The notes: generated by a model from the letters alone, not told the origin. DNA of 64,000 nucleotides from an uncultured Poribacteria bacterium (GCA_951813565.1 OX638351.1:2496001-2560000); one strand, 5' to 3'; numbered from the stretch's first letter, positions 39,302-49,387 are shown. Numbers and translations are program-made.

Positions 39302-39606
39302 CTATTTTTTGTAAAATACCACGCCAACCCGTTCAATCTGCTCAACCATATCTGGATTTCTGATATTCTTAAAAATAGACAGATCAATGGTATAGGGCAG
39401 TAACTGATCATCAAGGTCATTTGCGATCTTGGAAAGGATGGTATGTGTCAACGCATCTCCGCCGCGCAGTGTCAGGTCAATATCAGAACCGTTCTTGTAA
39501 TCTCCTCTGGCGCGAGAACCGTACAGCACCACCTCTTCTACTTGCGAGTATTGATTGAAGACATCGCGTATTTTTGCAGCGTCTGCTCAGATAAACCGTA
39601 TTTCAT
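39302..39606 (-). pseudogene. Minimal nucleotidyltransferase (MNT antitoxin), frameshifted
   Basis: MKYGLSEQTLQK then 1-nt loss in A-run at 39571-39575; downstream YGSRARGD...SDIDL; span 305 nt. Confidence 0.8.
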
Positions 39607-39610
39607 TTTT

Positions 39611-40033
39611 TCAACCCAGTTCCGTTTTTAGCTGCTGCAGCTTCACTAACAATCTTTCAAAAGCGTGGAAATAAGTAGAGCGGATAGTAGTAACAACCTG
39701 GGCTGCAATTTCTTCATCATAGGTATGTGAAGTTAAGTTGCGTTTATCAACCATGTCCATCCAGACTTCGCCGTTTTCAATCAACTCGTTCCGAAAAGCT
39801 TCCCGTGTTGTATCACGAGAACCATATAAATTCAACATGCCTTGAGTTTCAAGAAAGTCCTTGAGAGTTTTCTAAGCAAGTTCATGCGTGTATTCAAAAC
39901 CCTGTATCAACCCTTGTGCTTCCAGGTATGAGAGTTCGCGCTGTTCCGCGAGGTTGACAGCTGCCTTTAATCGTGAAAATGCTCTCTCAAAACTATTTGC
40001 GCGTTGAACCCAGCGAATCTCTTGGTTTTCCCT
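39611..40033 (-). pseudogene. HEPN (nucleotidyltransferase substrate-binding family) toxin, inactivated
   Basis: AGG where ATG is expected (xENQEIRWVQR); TAG at 39872-39874 in ELA*KTLKDFLE; RNLTSH motif intact. Confidence 0.82.
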
Positions 40034-40160
40034 AGTGTTTTACCAACAGTTTGTTCCCGCGTATTTCCAAATTAGTATAACACCTCCAACCCTCTTTATC
40101 AAGAGTTAAACCTGCTGCCTCATCCTTCAATCGCTTGTCTCATAGGATTACCGCCAACCG

Positions 40161-40367
40161 TCAACCACCTTGAACAGCACGGATAATTTCAACCTCACTA
40201 TTCTCGTGAAGTACTGTCCTTTTCCACACCGATTTAGGGATTACCTCTCTGTTCACAGCAACCGCTATACCAGATTGGTCAGGACTCAGTTCTAAGTCAA
40301 TGAGCAAGTCATATATATTCAAATTGAGGCGTACTTCTCTGTATTCGCCATTAACGCGTATTTTCAT
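40161..40367 (-). CDS. thiS: Sulfur carrier protein
   Basis: IAVAVNREVIP, C-terminal AVQGG. Confidence 0.95.
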   Translation of the reverse strand: MKIRVNGEYREVRLNLNIYDLLIDLELSPDQSGIAVAVNREVIPKSVWKRTVLHENSEVEIIRAVQGG

Positions 40368-40406
40368 TTCTTTTCAAGTATGGTTACGGCACACGGTGTG
40401 TGCCTA

Positions 40407-41543
40407 CTACTTTAAAAACCGATCTAACTGAAACGGAATGATTGTTTCCGATGTCTCACCGGTTAAAATCAGTTTCGCTATTTCGTAAGCCGTGATTGGC
40501 GTAAGTAGGATGCCGTTGCGATAATGCCCTGTGGCGTATATGAGATTCTTGACGGGGGTTTTGCCAAGTATAGGCGCATTATCCCTACTGCCGGGGCGTA
40601 ATCCTGCCCATGTTTCCAGAATCGGCAATTCATAAACCCCTGGCACTGCTTCCCATGCACCGCGAAGCAATTCAAACATACCACCAACGGTTAAACGGGT
40701 ATCAAAACCCATCTCCTCACTCGTAGCACCAATGATGAGTCTCCCATCTGATCGCGGCACCAGATATACTGATGTCGGATATCTCGCACGTAAGGTGCGG
40801 ATAACTGTTTTTATTGCAATACCTTCTTCCATCTGTAATGCCATCATCTGTCCTTTTACAGGACGGACAGGTGGTTGGATAGCATCCGGCACCCCCTTAA
40901 TCTGCGCCGACCAACATCCTGCAGCGAGGACAACCACGTCAGTTTCTCGCAAACCGTCTTGCGTCTGCACACCAGATACAACACCGTTTTCTATGACAAT
41001 TTTTTCAATAGCACTATTCTCATGCAATATGCCACCAGATGCTTGATAAGCATATTGGAGCGCCTTAACCATTAACCGGTTGTCAACCTGATAGTCGGTT
41101 ACACAGTGAATCGCAGCGGTAACACGAGGTGAGAGCGCAGGTTCAATCTCGCGTGCCTCTCGTCCGTTCAACCAATGCACATCTAATCCTAAGTGCTGTT
41201 GTGCCTCATAAAGATGGCGAAGTTGATCTGTATCGTCCGCCTCCAACCCGACAATAAGCGTGCCTTCTACCCGATACCCGATAGACATCTCAGCATCCGC
41301 TTCTAATTCTTGAACCCATTGCGGATAAAGTGCTAAACTTTCACTCTCTAACTCCAGCAGTTCCGGTTCTTCAGTATGTGCTTCAGCAAGAGGGGCAAGC
41401 ATGCCAGCGGCAGCCCAAGAAGCAGCGCGACCTGCCCGATCGCGCTCATAAATGGTGACGGAAGCACCCGTTTTGGCAAGCTGCCACCCGATACCGAGTC
41501 CAATCACACCGCCGCCGATAATGATTATGCTTTTATTTTTCAT
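40407..41543 (-). CDS. thiO: Glycine oxidase
   Basis: GGGVIG, ASWAAAGML, PVKGQ, WAGLRP, GHYRNGILL. Confidence 0.93.
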   Translation of the reverse strand: MKNKSIIIIGGGVIGLGIGWQLAKTGASVTIYERDRAGRAASWAAAGMLAPLAEAHTEEPELLELESESLALYPQWVQELEADAEMSIGYRVEGTLIVGLEADDTDQLRHLYEAQQHLGLDVHWLNGREAREIEPALSPRVTAAIHCVTDYQVDNRLMVKALQYAYQASGGILHENSAIEKIVIENGVVSGVQTQDGLRETDVVVLAAGCWSAQIKGVPDAIQPPVRPVKGQMMALQMEEGIAIKTVIRTLRARYPTSVYLVPRSDGRLIIGATSEEMGFDTRLTVGGMFELLRGAWEAVPGVYELPILETWAGLRPGSRDNAPILGKTPVKNLIYATGHYRNGILLTPITAYEIAKLILTGETSETIIPFQLDRFLK

Positions 41544-42549
41544 TCACGTTTGGGGAAGAAGGTTTTTCTTCTAATAAATTGACAAAAAGGTCTTCTGCTT
41601 TGACTGATTTAGAGATTAACCCATTTTCAAGTGCAAATTTCGTGAAGGCTTCCCACTTTTCTTTGGACTGCACTTGTGTTGTTGCAAATAAATCCAATGT
41701 ATCCCGAAAAGCAAGTTTTTCTAATTCTTTGGGCGCCTTAGGGTTTGCCTTAAAAAAGAGTTGTAGGGCTTTGTCAGGATTCTTTTTTGTGAATTGAATT
41801 GCCTCCTGAATCGCCATCATTAGTTTTTTTGCAGTTTCTGGATGTTTTTCCAAATACGTGTCATTAGTAATAATTACTAACTCGTAATAGTCCGGGATAC
41901 CGTGTTTCTCAAGTGCGAAAAAATCGGCTTCTGCACCTTCGAGTTTCAACATATTAATTTCGTAGTTTCGGAAGGGTCCGATCACTGCATCAATCTGGCC
42001 GCTCATGAGAGGTGCCACAATATTCGTCCCAACGCTTATCAATTCATAGTCATCTTTGGTTAATCCAGCGTTCGCAGCGATCGCATTAAACAGAAGTACA
42101 TCCAACGGTGCCACTGTATATCCGATCTTCTTCCCTTTGAAATCCGCTGGTGTTTTTATGCCAGACTTTTTCAGAAAACTGATTGTGTTGAGCGGATGCT
42201 CCACGAGTAGTCCAATTGATTTGACCGGTAATTCTTCTTCGCTTGCGCGAGCAATCGTCACACTCTGTTGATAGCTAACTGCAAACGGATATTTTCCTGC
42301 TGCTACAAGTTTAAGCGGAGCATCCGGATCGGTCCCCCAAAGTAATTCTACTTTCAAGCCATGTTTAGCAAAAATTTTGCTCTCTTGTGCAACATAAAGT
42401 GGAACATGATCTACATTCTGCTCCCAATCAAGGAGCAATGTGACTTCTTGCATTTCAGATTTCTGATGGCTATCTGAGTAGCTGTTAATTTGCCCTATTA
42501 AAATTATACCACAACTAATGAGAAACATTAAACGAATTACAGTTTTCAT
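41533..42549 (-). CDS. thiY: NMT1/THI5-like ABC substrate-binding protein
   Basis: LLLDW..NVDH, VSYQ, RNYE, YYEL; in TPP-controlled operon. Confidence 0.85.
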   Translation of the reverse strand: MKTVIRLMFLISCGIILIGQINSYSDSHQKSEMQEVTLLLDWEQNVDHVPLYVAQESKIFAKHGLKVELLWGTDPDAPLKLVAAGKYPFAVSYQQSVTIARASEEELPVKSIGLLVEHPLNTISFLKKSGIKTPADFKGKKIGYTVAPLDVLLFNAIAANAGLTKDDYELISVGTNIVAPLMSGQIDAVIGPFRNYEINMLKLEGAEADFFALEKHGIPDYYELVIITNDTYLEKHPETAKKLMMAIQEAIQFTKKNPDKALQLFFKANPKAPKELEKLAFRDTLDLFATTQVQSKEKWEAFTKFALENGLISKSVKAEDLFVNLLEEKPSSPNVNEK

Positions 42550-42612
42550 GAGATTTCCTCTCCTTTGTCCGATTTGTTTCCAATACATTTATCGGACATT
42601 TGATATATTCTG

Positions 42613-43359
42613 TTAACGTCGCCACGGCATTGCCAATCGTTCCAGCAACGTCATCAGTGCAAAAAGACCTAAACCCAAAAACGCAAGGCAGAAAATAGCA
42701 GAGAATACGAGGGAAATCTGCAATTTCCCATTCGCATACAACATGAGATAACCAAGTCCAGCACTTGATCCAACCCATTCACCGATCACTGCCCCAATTG
42801 TGGAAATTGATATGCCGATCTTCGCTCCTGAGAAGATAAACGGCAATGCTGTCGGAAGGCGCACTTTCCAAAGTATCTGCCACCGATTTGCACGAAGAAT
42901 ACGAAAAAGGTTAACCGTATCCGGATCGGTGGATTTCAAGCCATCTAATGTATTGAGCACAATTGCAAAAAATACGATTATCGCTGCCATGATGACTTTT
43001 GATGCGATCCCAAAACCGAACCAAAGCACTAAAAGCGGTGCAATTGCAAACACAGGTACCGTTTGTGAACCAATGACGTATGGATAGAATGCTCTCTCAA
43101 GCACTGGGAATTCAAACATCAGCACAGCTAATGGAATGCCAATGCTAATGGCAAGTGTAAATCCGAAAAGCATTTCCTGCAGTGTTACGAGTGAATGCTT
43201 CAGCAATTGCTCATGTTCTGTAAAAAGTGTCACCACAATTTTTGAAGGTGGTGGTAGAATATAGTGCGGCGTGTCTTTAAAAAAAACGATTGCTTCCCAT
43301 ATCCCTAATACCACCAATAAGATAACCATTGGTAACACAAGTCTTTTGAACATCCACAT
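42613..43359 (-). CDS. thiX: ABC permease (NitT/TauT family)
   Basis: ILPPPS, SQTVPVFAIAPL, GAVIGEW, GLGYL. Confidence 0.85.
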   Translation of the reverse strand: MWMFKRLVLPMVILLVVLGIWEAIVFFKDTPHYILPPPSKIVVTLFTEHEQLLKHSLVTLQEMLFGFTLAISIGIPLAVLMFEFPVLERAFYPYVIGSQTVPVFAIAPLLVLWFGFGIASKVIMAAIIVFFAIVLNTLDGLKSTDPDTVNLFRILRANRWQILWKVRLPTALPFIFSGAKIGISISTIGAVIGEWVGSSAGLGYLMLYANGKLQISLVFSAIFCLAFLGLGLFALMTLLERLAMPWRR

Positions 43360-43373
43360 CTGTCATTAGCAGC

Positions 43374-43455
43374 AAAAAAGCCGTCTTCCATTATCGGTAT
43401 AGGGACATGCCAGTGGTTCTATCCACAAGCTTGGCAGCACCAAAAGGAAGCGGCT
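43374..43455 (-). terminator. Terminator of the riboswitch expression platform
   Basis: Minus strand AGCCGCTTCC ... GGAAGACGGCTTTTTT with a long loop. Confidence 0.55.
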
Positions 43456-43490
43456 GAGTACATCATTACAAGACGCGCAATTCGCTTATG

Positions 43491-43570
43491 AATTCCCTAC
43501 GCTGGCATGACCCAGATCAGGTTCAAAGGGTGTTTTCTCAGCTCTTAAATAGATAAGAGCACCCCATAAC
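43491..43570 (-). promoter_or_regulatory. TPP riboswitch
   Basis: GGGGTGC...GCTGAGAAAACACCCTTTGAACCTGATCTGGGTCATGCCAGCGTAGGGAA upstream of thi genes. Confidence 0.96.
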
Positions 43571-43640
43571 ATCATTTTATTATTATACCATATTCTCCAT
43601 CTTTAAAAAAGCAAATTTTGGAAACACAACAATTTTTCGT

Positions 43641-44220
43641 TAATCCACTAACACGTATTTTCATATTTTCAAGTGTGGTTACGGCACACGGTGGGAGAAA
43701 GCGCATAGCTTTTCTAAAGACTCTGCTCCTTTGAAAACCTGTCCAATTGAAATGGGGCGATTGTCTCTGAAGTCTCACCAGTCAGAATCAGTTTAGAGAT
43801 CTCGTAAGCTGTGATGGATGTGAGCAAGATACCGTTGCGATAGTGCCCTGTTGCGTATATTAGATTCTCAATAGGTGTTTTACCGAGTATAGGAGCATTG
43901 TCTCTGCTACCGGGACGCAAACCTGTCCAAGTTTCGATAAGTGGCAGTTCATAAATACCCGGCACAGCTTCACACGCACCGTGGAGGAGTTCATTATTCA
44001 CCTCTTCTAATAGATTGATAAATTAATTTTTGCTTTGACTGTATTGAAAATCATCCTTTTTGATGGGCGAATTTTGCGAAGGCAGCCCATTGTTCTTCGG
44101 ATCAGAATTGAAGGGTGTTTTCTCAACTCTTAAGCAGGTAAGAGCATCCATAATGTTTTCAAGCATTATATCTATTCTCTATCTTTAAAAAGCAAGTTTT
44201 GGAAACACAACAATTTTCAT
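43641..44220 (-). pseudogene. Collapsed duplicate of the thi operon
   Basis: Ordered fragments: upstream region, half TPP aptamer, thiY 3' end, thiO 3' end (43714-43992), thiS start. Confidence 0.85.
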
Positions 44221-44227
44221 TTCCGAC

Positions 44228-45232
44228 TTAGTCCACCGGCATTGCGTGCGTCGGAATTTCAACACCTTGTTCACTCCAAAACTTGTAAGCACCGCTATGA
44301 AGCGGAATTACAAAAGCCTTTGGTGCGTTCTCTATTGTCATAGCTGCTGCCGCTTGATTTGTCTTCAGCATCATTTGATGTCCTTCTGGGGTATAAACAT
44401 GCTTTAAGATAGTATAGATAGTCTCCTTTGGTACCGCTTTATTCGCAATCAGGACGGTTGGCATCACGATAGTCTTTACCGACTCAACTTTCCCTTCATA
44501 AGCACCTTCTGGCAACTTTCCTGAAAAATAGAAAGGATACTTTTCATAGAAACCGTACTTTTTAGCGGGTGTGTCAAGATCAAGCATTCGGATGGATTTT
44601 ATCGCTGTCAACTCAATTATAGCACTGTTCGGCACACTGACAAGCCATAAGAATCCGCGCACCTGTCCATCTTGTAGTGCTTGTGCGCCAGCGGAACCAC
44701 CCCTATGAAACGGGGTTAATTTGTCCCAAATACCCGCCGACTCTGCAAGACGTTCCAACGTTTTTGCTGTCCCGGAACCGGACGCTCCGCAGGCAACCTT
44801 TTTCCCAACAATGTCTTCAAACTGATGGATATTGCTATTTTCAAGCGTTGAAAATTGCCCATAAGCATAATATAACAGCGTCACCATTCGGATATTCGTT
44901 TTTGGACCTTCCTCGCTAAATACCTCTTGTCCGTGGTAGCCGAGAGAACTCTCCGATGCGAAAACGACACCGAGAGCATTCTGTTCCTCATTGACGCGGC
45001 GCGCATTTTCAACTGAGCCCGCGGAAGCAACGACCGATATTCTTAGATCTGTTTCACTGTGTTTGACAATTTGTTCAACACCTCCAGCAAATTGCGAGAA
45101 ACTTCCTCCGATAACACCTCCATAAATTGTAAGCCATTTCTTGTTCAGCTTATCACCACAGCCAAACAAGATGAGTACAATGAAAACAACATAACACCAT
45201 GGATGTAAAAAACGATGCGTTCTTTTTAGCAT
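44228..45232 (-). CDS. TAXI family TRAP solute-binding lipoprotein
   Basis: LFGC, GSVEN, GASGSGT, IPLHSGA. Confidence 0.88.
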   Translation of the reverse strand: MLKRTHRFLHPWCYVVFIVLILFGCGDKLNKKWLTIYGGVIGGSFSQFAGGVEQIVKHSETDLRISVVASAGSVENARRVNEEQNALGVVFASESSLGYHGQEVFSEEGPKTNIRMVTLLYYAYGQFSTLENSNIHQFEDIVGKKVACGASGSGTAKTLERLAESAGIWDKLTPFHRGGSAGAQALQDGQVRGFLWLVSVPNSAIIELTAIKSIRMLDLDTPAKKYGFYEKYPFYFSGKLPEGAYEGKVESVKTIVMPTVLIANKAVPKETIYTILKHVYTPEGHQMMLKTNQAAAAMTIENAPKAFVIPLHSGAYKFWSEQGVEIPTHAMPVD

Positions 45233-45303
45233 AATATTCCTTCTTTATTTTGGACAAAGATAAAAAGATAATATCACAAGTCTTGTGGCATTTCAAGTTA
45301 ATT

Positions 45304-45624
45304 GAGGGGTGTGAATAAATATTTGGCGCATCAACACAGACAAGGACAGACGCCAGGTGCCGCTTGATTTATAGAAATGCGTTTGTAGTCGCGCAATTCA
45401 TTGCCAAATCAACGCAGCATGCGCCAAATCAAGAAATCAACGGTATGAATCATGGCGAATGCCATACGCGCATTCGTCTTTAGGCATTCACCGGGTATGA
45501 ATGCCTTATGGCATTCACCGTGTGGCATGCTGCGCCTCTTTGAACTTGTGGACGGAAACCCACGGCGTGTGCGGACTACCTTTAAGCACATATTTAACAT
45601 CGAAATTATTTATGCACACCCCTC
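45304..45624. mobile_element. MITE with nested REP and micro-elements
   Basis: TIR GAGGGGTGTGAATAAATA/TATTTATGCACACCCCTC; AGTTAATT duplicated at 45296-45303 and 45625-45632. Confidence 0.82.
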
Positions 45625-45796
45625 AGTTAATTGAGCGCTTCTGTAATAAATACAATAAGCATTGATTGTGTCGGTTTGTCACTTCATAAACCGAACCTAA
45701 ATAACCCAGAACAAACACAATTTTTCTTGCTAAATGTTCCAAAAGTTGATAAACTAATGCAAATCATAGGATTCTGAAACAAAGAGGCAAGAAAAA

Positions 45797-47077
45797 GTGA
45801 AACACATCATTTTAATTTTATTTATAATGGGACTGAGCGTATGTTTCGTCTTCGCTGCTGTTTCCATCGGTGATGCAGCCACGACTGAAGCGCAACCTTC
45901 GGCAGGTACAGCGGCAGCTAAACCGCACCCCTCAGCAAAACGAGTTGCAGTATTGTATTTTGAAGACCATAGCCGTTTTGATTCGTCAACCGGATGTGGT
46001 TGTGTGCCAAACTTCATCGGAAGAATCTTCGGCACTAAGAAAAAGTGGGACTTGGAGGCAGGATTCCCCACACTGCTCAACCGTAGACTTGCTGAAACCA
46101 TTGTATACCAACCAGTGTCGCGCGATGAGTTGCTGGATGCAATGGCTAAGATGACACTTTCTCGCCACAATTTGAAAAAGCTTGATAAAGCGCAACGAGC
46201 AGCATTTGCCAAACATCTCAACGCTGACGTGATTGTAATGGGAGATATCAGAGAATTCGGTCAGGCACGAATGAAAGCCAATGCCTCGCGTCAACTGAGA
46301 GAGGGCGGCAGGGAAGCACAAGCTGCGCCTCTTACTGCAAGTTATATGACCGGTGTGCAGGTTATGGGGTATCGACATCGCGCTATCGTAAAACTGAACA
46401 TGAAATTTTACGAAGCATCCGGAAACGAAATTGCAACTGTCCCGATCTCAGCTGTTCGCCACCATAGTCTCGCTGGTACGCAGGTCTCTGGCTTAGAAGC
46501 TAGTATTACTGAATCCGGGACGCATCTACGATTCGGACAAACTTCTCAACAGCAAGGTAAAATGCTACGTCCGATTGTTAAACCCACAGAACTCAATAAA
46601 ATCAAATTCGCCACTGCAGAATATGACAGAACCCTCCTTGGTATGGTAACAAATGATGCGCTTATTAAGGTTGTGCGCGCACTCAGAGACAACTTCGGGC
46701 CAAACTTTATAACACCTTGGGAAACACCAAACGAAAATGACGAAGAAAAAAAGAAAGTAGACAAAGAAGCGTCTAAACATCCTATTAAAATTACGTATCT
46801 TGATAGTGAAAACCCAGATATGATTTACATTAATGCCGGTTCAGCCAGAGGTTTAGCCATAGATCAAAAGTTTGCTGTTTATACACATGGTGAGCCAATT
46901 CGCGATATTGACACCGGCGAAATTCTTGACTACATACCAAAGAAAATAGCAACTGTCGCTGTTTCGGAAATCCGCAATGACAGACTTTCTGTCGTTAAGA
47001 TTGTTGAAAAAACAGGTGACCTGAAAAAAGGTGATTTACTTAAATCGATACCTGCTGAAATAGTTGAGGAACAATAA
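45797..47077 (+). CDS. Exported CsgG-like protein with FlgT-like C-terminal domain
   Basis: RVAVLYFED, ADVIVMGDIREF, IYINAGSARGL, IRDIDTGEIL. Confidence 0.7.
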   Translation: MKHIILILFIMGLSVCFVFAAVSIGDAATTEAQPSAGTAAAKPHPSAKRVAVLYFEDHSRFDSSTGCGCVPNFIGRIFGTKKKWDLEAGFPTLLNRRLAETIVYQPVSRDELLDAMAKMTLSRHNLKKLDKAQRAAFAKHLNADVIVMGDIREFGQARMKANASRQLREGGREAQAAPLTASYMTGVQVMGYRHRAIVKLNMKFYEASGNEIATVPISAVRHHSLAGTQVSGLEASITESGTHLRFGQTSQQQGKMLRPIVKPTELNKIKFATAEYDRTLLGMVTNDALIKVVRALRDNFGPNFITPWETPNENDEEKKKVDKEASKHPIKITYLDSENPDMIYINAGSARGLAIDQKFAVYTHGEPIRDIDTGEILDYIPKKIATVAVSEIRNDRLSVVKIVEKTGDLKKGDLLKSIPAEIVEEQ

Positions 47078-47094
47078 CGTTGGAGGAATTATCA

Positions 47095-48162
47095 ATGAAT
47101 TGCCAAATCAGTCAATACGTGTATAAAAACAGGAGTTCGTTACAAAACAAATTGTTCCTACTGCTGATTATGATATGTTGCACAATGATGTTGTTTAGTT
47201 GTGCAGACTCTTCAAATAAGAAAATTAAAATCGGGTTGTCCATGGATTCATTGCGAGTTGAACGTTGGCAAAAAGATCGGGATATTTTCATCGCGGAAGC
47301 AGAAAAATTGGGGGCTGACGTTATTGTTCAATCTGCCGATGGTGATGAACGCAAACAGAACGAACAAGCAGAAAATATGATTACGCAAGGCGTTAATGTT
47401 CTCGTGGTAATTCCCAAAGATAGTGTAGCCGCATCCCAAATTGTTAAAGCAGCACATGCTGAAGGGATCAAGGTAATCGCTTATGACCGATTAATCCGAG
47501 AAAGTGAACCAGACCTCTATATCTCTTTTGATAACGAGCAAGTAGGGTATTTGCAAGCTGAGTATTTGCTTCGGAAAAAGCCAGAAGGAGATTACTTTTT
47601 ACTCGGTGGTGCGCCAAGCGACAATAATGCCCAACTTCTTCGTAAGGGACAACTTCGTGCGTTGCAAAATTCAATTGATAAGGGCGACATCCGTCTCGTA
47701 GCGGAAGGAAAGCATTGGGCAGTCAACTGGGACCCGAATGATGCTCTTAACAAAACAGAACAGGTCTTAACGCAGACAAACAACCAGATAGATGTCGTTG
47801 TTGCCTCAAATGACGGGACAGCAGGGGGTGTCATTCAAGCACTTGAGGGACAGAATTTAGCAGGTAAGGTTTTTGTCTCAGGACAAGATGCTGAGCTTGC
47901 TGCCTGCCAACGGATTGTCAAAGGCACACAGACAATGACAGTATATAAACCGATTCGCCTAATTGCGAAAGAAGCAGCACAAGCAGCTGTTGCACTCGCT
48001 AAGGGAGAGACTCTGGAAAAAGCGAAACAAAAGGTTAATAACGGCAAAATTGATGTTCCTTCTATTCTACTCACGCCTATCCAAGTAGACAAAGACAACC
48101 TTGATGAGGTGGTAATTAAAGATGGGTTTCATTCACGTGAAAAGGTCTACCAAACAGAATAA
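47095..48162 (+). CDS. xylF: D-xylose ABC transporter substrate-binding protein
   Basis: ERWQKDRD, IAYDRLI, ISFDN, ASNDGTAGG, SGQDA, TVYKP. Confidence 0.88.
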   Translation: MNCQISQYVYKNRSSLQNKLFLLLIMICCTMMLFSCADSSNKKIKIGLSMDSLRVERWQKDRDIFIAEAEKLGADVIVQSADGDERKQNEQAENMITQGVNVLVVIPKDSVAASQIVKAAHAEGIKVIAYDRLIRESEPDLYISFDNEQVGYLQAEYLLRKKPEGDYFLLGGAPSDNNAQLLRKGQLRALQNSIDKGDIRLVAEGKHWAVNWDPNDALNKTEQVLTQTNNQIDVVVASNDGTAGGVIQALEGQNLAGKVFVSGQDAELAACQRIVKGTQTMTVYKPIRLIAKEAAQAAVALAKGETLEKAKQKVNNGKIDVPSILLTPIQVDKDNLDEVVIKDGFHSREKVYQTE

Positions 48163-48277
48163 TGCGGCGAATCGTATGCCAACTTTGCAATTCGGATAGG
48201 TGTTGAAAACATCGGAATTGAGGATAGAATTTATAGGAAACATCTAATTTGATATATTAACAACGGTATTGTTTATA

Positions 48278-48321
48278 GTCGCTGAATACCACACTTGTGT
48301 TTATTGTCGGTATTCAGCGAT
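48278..48321 (+). terminator. Probable terminator after xylF
   Basis: TCGCTGAATACC...GGTATTCAGCGA followed by T-rich tract. Confidence 0.55.
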
Positions 48322-48507
48322 TTCTATTTTAAGGTATTTGAAGATCTTACTGTAATTTACTGCAAGCATGTTTCAATTTTGACACACCCTTTACACTTTT
48401 TTTGTGCCAGATATAAACATAAAGAGATAATTATATTAACTATTTGTCAAATTTAGAAATAAAAATAACTAAACACATAGTTATCGGAATATTTTTTACT
48501 AAACCTA

Positions 48508-48659
48508 ACCTAAGTTGCTACGGACAAGATTTCAAGCTTGCAGACATTGCTTTTTACTGAAAAACAAGGATTTCCAGCTAATTCTTATGCTTTCTTTTCT
48601 AAATCGGGGTTAGAAACCCCTCCTACAAGAGCATTCGCGATATAGGTAGCAACTTGGGT
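48508..48659. mobile_element. MITE, ACCCAAGTTGCTAC family, copy 2
   Basis: TIR ACCTAAGTTGCTAC/GTAGCAACTTGGGT; TAAACCTA duplicated. Confidence 0.82.
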
Positions 48660-49040
48660 TAAACCTAATACCATCCGCAAGCCCTTTCCTCTCATTGAAT
48701 AAACAGTTTAACGAATCCACTTATTCCGAAATGGCATCATTTTTGCGTTACCATCTGTAGTAATTACAATTGATTTGAAACCAGACAAAAGATATATCGT
48801 TTAGTATTGCAACACTTTTGCAACATTATAAGCATCTTGGCTTATATTATTTGACGCAATAGTCAGGTGTCAGCGATAGTGTGTAGTAACGAAATTGTAT
48901 ATAATATAAAAATTAATTAATGAATACGTTTAGTTGACAATTCTATCTACCGAAGAATTGCAAACCTTCGGTATAGACAGAGAAGCTAAAATGCTCATGT
49001 AGAGCACCTCACGTAATTTAGGTTTGCAGGAGGCAAACAG

Positions 49041-49196
49041 ATGTTTAACGCAATCCTTTTCGGTATTTTATGTGCCTTGATGGGAATCGGTGCAGGATAT
49101 TTAATCCTAAACGCTTTTTTTGCGGGAGTCCGGCACATTGCCAAACCTCGAATCGCTAATATCAAAAAAGCAGCACAAAAAATGCTTGACAACTGA
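49041..49196 (+). CDS. 51-aa membrane protein (below ORF-track cutoff)
   Basis: SD AGGAGG; MFNAILFGILCALMGIGAGYLILNAFFAGVRHIAKPRIANIKKAAQKMLDN. Confidence 0.7.
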   Translation: MFNAILFGILCALMGIGAGYLILNAFFAGVRHIAKPRIANIKKAAQKMLDN

Positions 49197-49214
49197 CGCA
49201 GTTCCTATTATCAT
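49186..49214 (+). promoter_or_regulatory. Candidate sigma70 promoter upstream of nfi
   Basis: TTGACA-17 nt-TATCAT. Confidence 0.55.
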
Positions 49215-49387
49215 ATTATTATTATTATATTGAACAACTGCGGTAAAAAACGGTGAGTAGCGCGCTCCGTTCCGTTATAAACTAAACCGGTTTCGGAACG
49301 TGTTGCTTCACACCGGCAAAAATATCAATCTTATGAAAAATCGGGTTTGTTAGATTTTGAGAGCATGCAAAATATACAACAGCGAAA

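Noticed and set aside
43714..44001. Second functional thiO
   Set aside because: Only the C-terminal quarter is present, without the FAD-binding N-terminus
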